Shown here one piece after another: positions 60,435-64,000 of a DNA stretch of 64,000 bases. A program made the position numbers and the translations under genes. The notes under the pieces were generated by a model that did not search any database, was not told where the DNA came from, and worked only from the letters and a program-made list of their open reading frames with translations. Origin of the DNA: Chthoniobacteraceae bacterium (GTDB lineage: Bacteria > Verrucomicrobiota > Verrucomicrobiia > Chthoniobacterales > Chthoniobacteraceae); the NCBI GenBank assembly GCA_049840595.1, contig JASGKO010000023.1:100911-164910 (forward strand). The letters run 5' to 3'. Every line of letters starts with the position of its first letter. The stretch's first letter is position 1.

Positions 60435-60980
60435 CTAGATCATTCCCAGCTGCATCTTGCCCACTTCGCTGATCATGCCCTGATTCCACGGCGGGTCCCA
60501 GACGAGCTCGACCAGCGCATCCTTCACGCCGGAGAGCGCGAGGATTTTGCTCTGCGCTTCGGCGCAAATGGTCGGGCCCATGCCGCAGCCGGGCGCGGTG
60601 AGCGTCATTTTTACATTCACCTTGGCGCCGTCGCTTTCCTGCTCGACGCGGCAATCATAGACGAGGCCGAGATCGACGATGTTGACCGGGATTTCCGGAT
60701 CGTAGCAGGTCTTGAGCTGGTCCCAGACGGTCTTCTCATCGAGCGGACCATCGGAAGCCGCCGACGCTTCGGCCTTGGGCGCGGTTGGCTCGATCCCGAG
60801 CGCGTCCACATTCTGCTCGGTAATGCGGGCAAGGCCGAAATGTCCGGCCACGGTATAGCTCCCCCCGAGGGACTGGGTGATGATGACGCTCGCTCCCGCG
60901 GGGATGGTGATGACCTGTCCGCTGGGAATCTGAATGGCCTCGCAATCGCGAGTGAGTTCTTTGGGCTGATTTTCGTACAT
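60435..60980 (-). CDS. SufT-like Fe-S assembly protein with a C-terminal DUF59/MIP18 domain
   Basis: VWDQLKTCYDPEIPVNIVDLGLVYD...TLTAPGCGMGPTI...VELVWDPPW. Confidence 0.65.
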   Translation of the reverse strand: MYENQPKELTRDCEAIQIPSGQVITIPAGASVIITQSLGGSYTVAGHFGLARITEQNVDALGIEPTAPKAEASAASDGPLDEKTVWDQLKTCYDPEIPVNIVDLGLVYDCRVEQESDGAKVNVKMTLTAPGCGMGPTICAEAQSKILALSGVKDALVELVWDPPWNQGMISEVGKMQLGMI

Positions 60981-60989
60981 GGAAAAAAA

Positions 60990-61481
60990 CTAGGAATGAG
61001 GATTGAGCACGACCTTCACCTTTTTCCCTGCCGCACCGGCAAAGGAGTCGAACAGGGAATTACCCACCGGTTGGGCGGGAGCCGGAGCGGGGGCCGTCGG
61101 TTTCCCCTGCCCCTCGGTGAGGGCCGAGCGGAGCGCACTCTCCACCAGCTGCGCGCAGTGAATCTTCATTGGTGGCAATGCGCCGAGCGGCGCGGAAAGA
61201 TCGCTCCCCGACATGGTGAGCGCCTCATCCGCCGTCTTGCCGGCGATCAACTCCGTGGCCACGCTGGCCACCGCAATTGCGGTCTCGCAGCCAAAGGTCT
61301 GGAACGTCGCGCGGTCAATCACCTTGCGCCCGTTCTCCTCCTTGAACTTGATCCACATCCGCAGCATGTCGCCGCAATCGGCGCTGCCCACAGTGCCCAC
61401 GGCATCGGCATTCTCCATCTCGCCGAGATTCTTGGGATTGGAAATCGCCTGCTGAATTTTCTGCTGAAGGTCTTCGCTCAT
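60990..61481 (-). CDS. NifU/IscU-like Fe-S cluster scaffold protein (N-terminal domain type)
   Basis: GSADCGDMLRMWIK ... TFQTFGCETAIA conserved Cys pattern. Confidence 0.7.
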   Translation of the reverse strand: MSEDLQQKIQQAISNPKNLGEMENADAVGTVGSADCGDMLRMWIKFKEENGRKVIDRATFQTFGCETAIAVASVATELIAGKTADEALTMSGSDLSAPLGALPPMKIHCAQLVESALRSALTEGQGKPTAPAPAPAQPVGNSLFDSFAGAAGKKVKVVLNPHS

Positions 61482-61492
61482 AAGCCAGGTCG

Positions 61493-62041
61493 ATTACTCC
61501 AGGTGATAGCGCGGCAGGCTCGGATCGATCTCCTGCGCCCATTGATCCACCCCCCCAGTGAGGCTCTTCACATTGGTAAACCCGTGCCCGGCAAAATACG
61601 CCGCCGCATCCATGCTGCGGATGCCGTGATGGCACACCATCACCACCGACTCGGTGCGGTCCCAGCTCGAAGCATTTCCTGCATCATCTCCTGGGTGAAA
61701 AGCTGGGCCCCGGCGATATGCACCGCGTCAAATTCCTCGCGGGTGCGCACGTCGATCAGCTTGGGAACGTTCGGAGTCTTGAGCAATGCGTCGAGTTCGG
61801 TCGCGCTGATCTGCATCTGCTGGTCGGCTTGATGGCTCGATTGCAGAAACTCGATCACGTCATCCACCGGCAAATCGTTATTGCGGGCGCAGACCTGGGC
61901 CAGTGTCTCGGTCGGCTGGAAGCCGCAACTGGAGCAGCCGCCGATGTGATACTGGCGGAACAGCGCGCGCTGAGCACCGGGAAAGCGCTCCAGCAACTCG
62001 GCCATCGTCAAATTCGGATCAATCTCAAGCGTGGTGGACAT
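61493..62041 (-). CDS. DUF1858 (redox-active disulfide) plus rhodanese-domain fusion protein, frameshifted near 61690
   Basis: MSTTLEIDPNLTMAELLERFPGAQRALFRQYHIGGCSSCGF (DUF1858-like). Rhodanese active-site loop VCHHGIRS is readable only in the +1 frame of the C-terminal segment. Confidence 0.55.
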
Positions 62042-62142
62042 ACGGGCAAAATAGCACACCCGGCCAGATGTCGAAGCGAAGTTTTTCCAGGCCGCCATCC
62101 CCATCGTCTTCCACTTTCCAGGCAACGTTCGCCAAGAAGATC

Positions 62143-62658
62143 TTACAGAGGTTTTGTCTTGATCGAAGTCACGGTCACCTTCGAATCGTCCCCGGAAAAG
62201 ATGCTGATCGGGTTGTTGATCCGGGCATAGTCACCGTGGTGCTCAAAGCGCAGATCGTCGTTCACATAGATTTGCTGACTGTCCTGCGTGACCACCCAGC
62301 GGATGGTGACATCGGTATTGGTGGGGATGCGACCTTTTCCTCCTTGATGATCTCCATTGGCCGGGCCGCCATCCACGCGGAGCTCGTCTTCATTTCGCTC
62401 CCAATTAAAAATCACCTCATCAGCCGCATAGCTCATCCGCAGATTTTTCGAATCCGTGCGAGCGACAATCGTGATCTCCAGTGGAGGACGAAAGGATGCC
62501 TTCGTGGTCACGCGCTGATCCCCGGTAACCGTCACCGGCACCTTGCCGAAGGAATCGGTCAACGCGCCGATTTGCTCGGTAACGGCATGGTTCAAAGTGT
62601 CGGCCCCGGCAAAGACAGCAGTCAGCAGCACAAGAATGAATGGGGAGATTATTTTCAT
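62143..62658 (-). CDS. Hypothetical secreted beta-rich protein
   Basis: Signal peptide MKIISPFILVLLTAVFAGA; no motif recognised. Confidence 0.4.
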   Translation of the reverse strand: MKIISPFILVLLTAVFAGADTLNHAVTEQIGALTDSFGKVPVTVTGDQRVTTKASFRPPLEITIVARTDSKNLRMSYAADEVIFNWERNEDELRVDGGPANGDHQGGKGRIPTNTDVTIRWVVTQDSQQIYVNDDLRFEHHGDYARINNPISIFSGDDSKVTVTSIKTKPL

Positions 62659-62737
62659 GGCGAGGGATAGCTACTTACTTATGTAATACGCTGACCAATT
62701 GCCCTTTCTTAGAAAAATAATGACTCGGTTTGCGAGC

Positions 62738-64000
62738 TTAAAGCGGCTTCACGCTGATTTCCCGCGGCTCCTCCGTCGTTACGCTGATGGCATCCAGCGC
62801 ATTGGTCGCCCGGGCCTTCGCGACGGCGTTCTTCGCTTCCGCCGGCAGGCGATTCAGGAGCGCATCGGAATACGGCAGCACCTTCAGGCGAATCTTCGAC
62901 CAGTCACTGGCGGGAATGCGCCACAACGCAATCGGGAAGGCATCGCCATTGTAGAAATGATCGCCAAAAAGCTTGTCGCCGACATACAGCCGGGCTGCAT
63001 CGCCGACATAATGGACATTCAAAATGAGCTGACGCCCGTTCGCAATGGCCGGGATTTTTAGCTGATACACGGCGGCATCCGCCCATGTCGCCTCCTGCAT
63101 GCCCTGCAGGGTCGTTGCCTTCGGCCCAGCGGCCTGCTCCTGCACGACCGGCACTTGCACGGTGGCCAGCGCCTGGGGCGCGGGCGGCACAAAGCGAGCG
63201 AATACGCCATCCGCACTGCCTTTCACCTTCAAGTCGCCCACGGCTACGCCCGGCAGCGGTGGAAACACCGACAGCGCAAAATCGCCTGCGGTCGATTGCA
63301 TCTGCAACCGGTCTTGGTCCGCATAGACGGTGGCCGACGAGAGAATCACCCGATCCCTCCCCGCGAGGGGCAGCCGCCAGAGGCTCTTGCCTTGCGCTGC
63401 CGTGAGCACCACAAACGAAACCGTCTGTCCATCCGCCTTTTTGATCTGCGCGGCCATTCCAGTCCCCGGCTTGAAATCCCGGAAATAGGTCACCCCATCC
63501 CGGACGTTGAATCGCCAGTTCCGGCGCGATCCCGTCCAGCGCGGTCAGGAAATAGACCGGTTCACCCTGGTCGTTCGTTACCCGGCACAGCGGCTGTGCA
63601 GTGGCGTATTGCACCTGCACTCCATCGCAGTCCCAGTTCACCGGCCACACCCCGTAGCTATCCACGGGAATCGTAATCGGCTGCTCGGGAATCATTACCG
63701 TGCCCGCGTTCGTTTTGACCGCGAATTGCACGCCCTGATGCTCCGGCAATGGCACCGTGGGCTGGTGATTGCTGAAGAAGAGGAAGCCGGATTTTCCATC
63801 CGAACGCATGTCCCAGCGCAGGACGGAAAAGTCACTCAGATCGACCGGCTTTTGGTCCGGCAAATAGACCGGCATCCGCGCCAGGGCCGGGCCGAAATCC
63901 TCCAGAAAAAGATGCTGCTGTCGCAGGAGATGATATTGCTCCCGCACCTGCCCACAGGCGCCAAGCGCGGTTTGGAAATCGTAATCCTTGAATGGCAGCT
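62738..64000 (-). CDS. Partial glycoside hydrolase, beta-sandwich C-terminal domains (possibly beta-galactosidase-like). Frameshifted near 63500; continues beyond the window end.
   Basis: Two overlapping minus-strand ORFs (62738-63493, 62904-63947) with jelly-roll-like segments (ILNVHYVGDAARLYVGDKLFGD, FFSNHQP...VQFAVKT). Confidence 0.35.

Noticed and set aside
60331-61832. Remainder of the 573-aa plus-strand ORF starting at 60111
   Set aside because: Only the first ~75 residues resemble an integrase. The rest is antisense to the well-supported sufT-like and nifU-like genes and has no motifs.
1-64000. CRISPR arrays, rRNA genes, additional tRNAs
   Set aside because: No short direct-repeat/spacer periodicity was seen, and there are no rRNA-like conserved stretches. 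Only one cloverleaf (tRNA-Leu at 49538) could be folded by hand. Other tRNAs cannot be excluded without a covariance search.

Overview
High-GC (roughly 60-65%) chromosomal segment with a Verrucomicrobia-like gene content: PEP-CTERM proteins, TamA/TamB, lipid A genes, many secreted repeat proteins. Coding is dense on both strands.

Main content, left to right:
- lpxI / Gfo-Idh-MocA oxidoreductase / lpxB operon with overlapping stop-start codons.
- HIT hydrolase, S2P protease, a decayed IS5-family transposase, an orphan LuxR-type response regulator with Asn at the phospho-acceptor position.
- Hep_Hag-repeat adhesin-like gene and a large VWA + chitobiase-C-domain secreted protein; two tandem Tyr/His-rich peptidoglycan-binding secreted proteins; PEP-CTERM proteins.
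- mfd.
- prfB with an intact programmed +1 frameshift site.
- Immediately downstream of prfB, four direct copies of the prfB 3' end plus a dual-hairpin module, interleaved with a small secreted-protein gene, a low-GC type II R-M pair (N6-adenine methyltransferase with NPPY; PD-(D/E)xK endonuclease) and another small gene. This looks like a serial integration hotspot.
- A tightly packed 7-gene minus-strand operon: polysaccharide deacetylase, PlsC-type acyltransferase, ACP-condensation-like fusion, FAD oxidoreductase, acyl-AMP ligase, flavin halogenase (WxWxIP), SAM methyltransferase. It is divergent from an LpxL-like acyltransferase and has no KS/KR/DH genes. It looks like an undescribed halogenated acyl-lipid or lipo-amino compound pathway.
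- CDF transporter, acetyl-xylan-esterase, YihY, TamB/TamA, DUF1003, DUF2934, a flotillin with an internal duplication, tRNA-Leu(UAA), EmrAB, FAH hydrolase, a second LpxL, ArnT-like GT, GH53 galactanase.
- A relic integron: N-terminal integron-integrase-like fragment, attI-like direct repeats, and two small cassettes bounded by canonical GTTAGGC/GCCTAAC core sites.
- A small Fe-S cluster gene set (SufT-like, NifU-like, DUF1858-rhodanese) and a partial glycoside hydrolase.

Caveat: at least 15 conserved genes are broken by single-base frameshifts (mfd four or more times; prfB inside its GGQ region). Two of the indels I localised sit next to G/C homopolymer runs. This pattern fits sequencing indels better than genuine pseudogenes.
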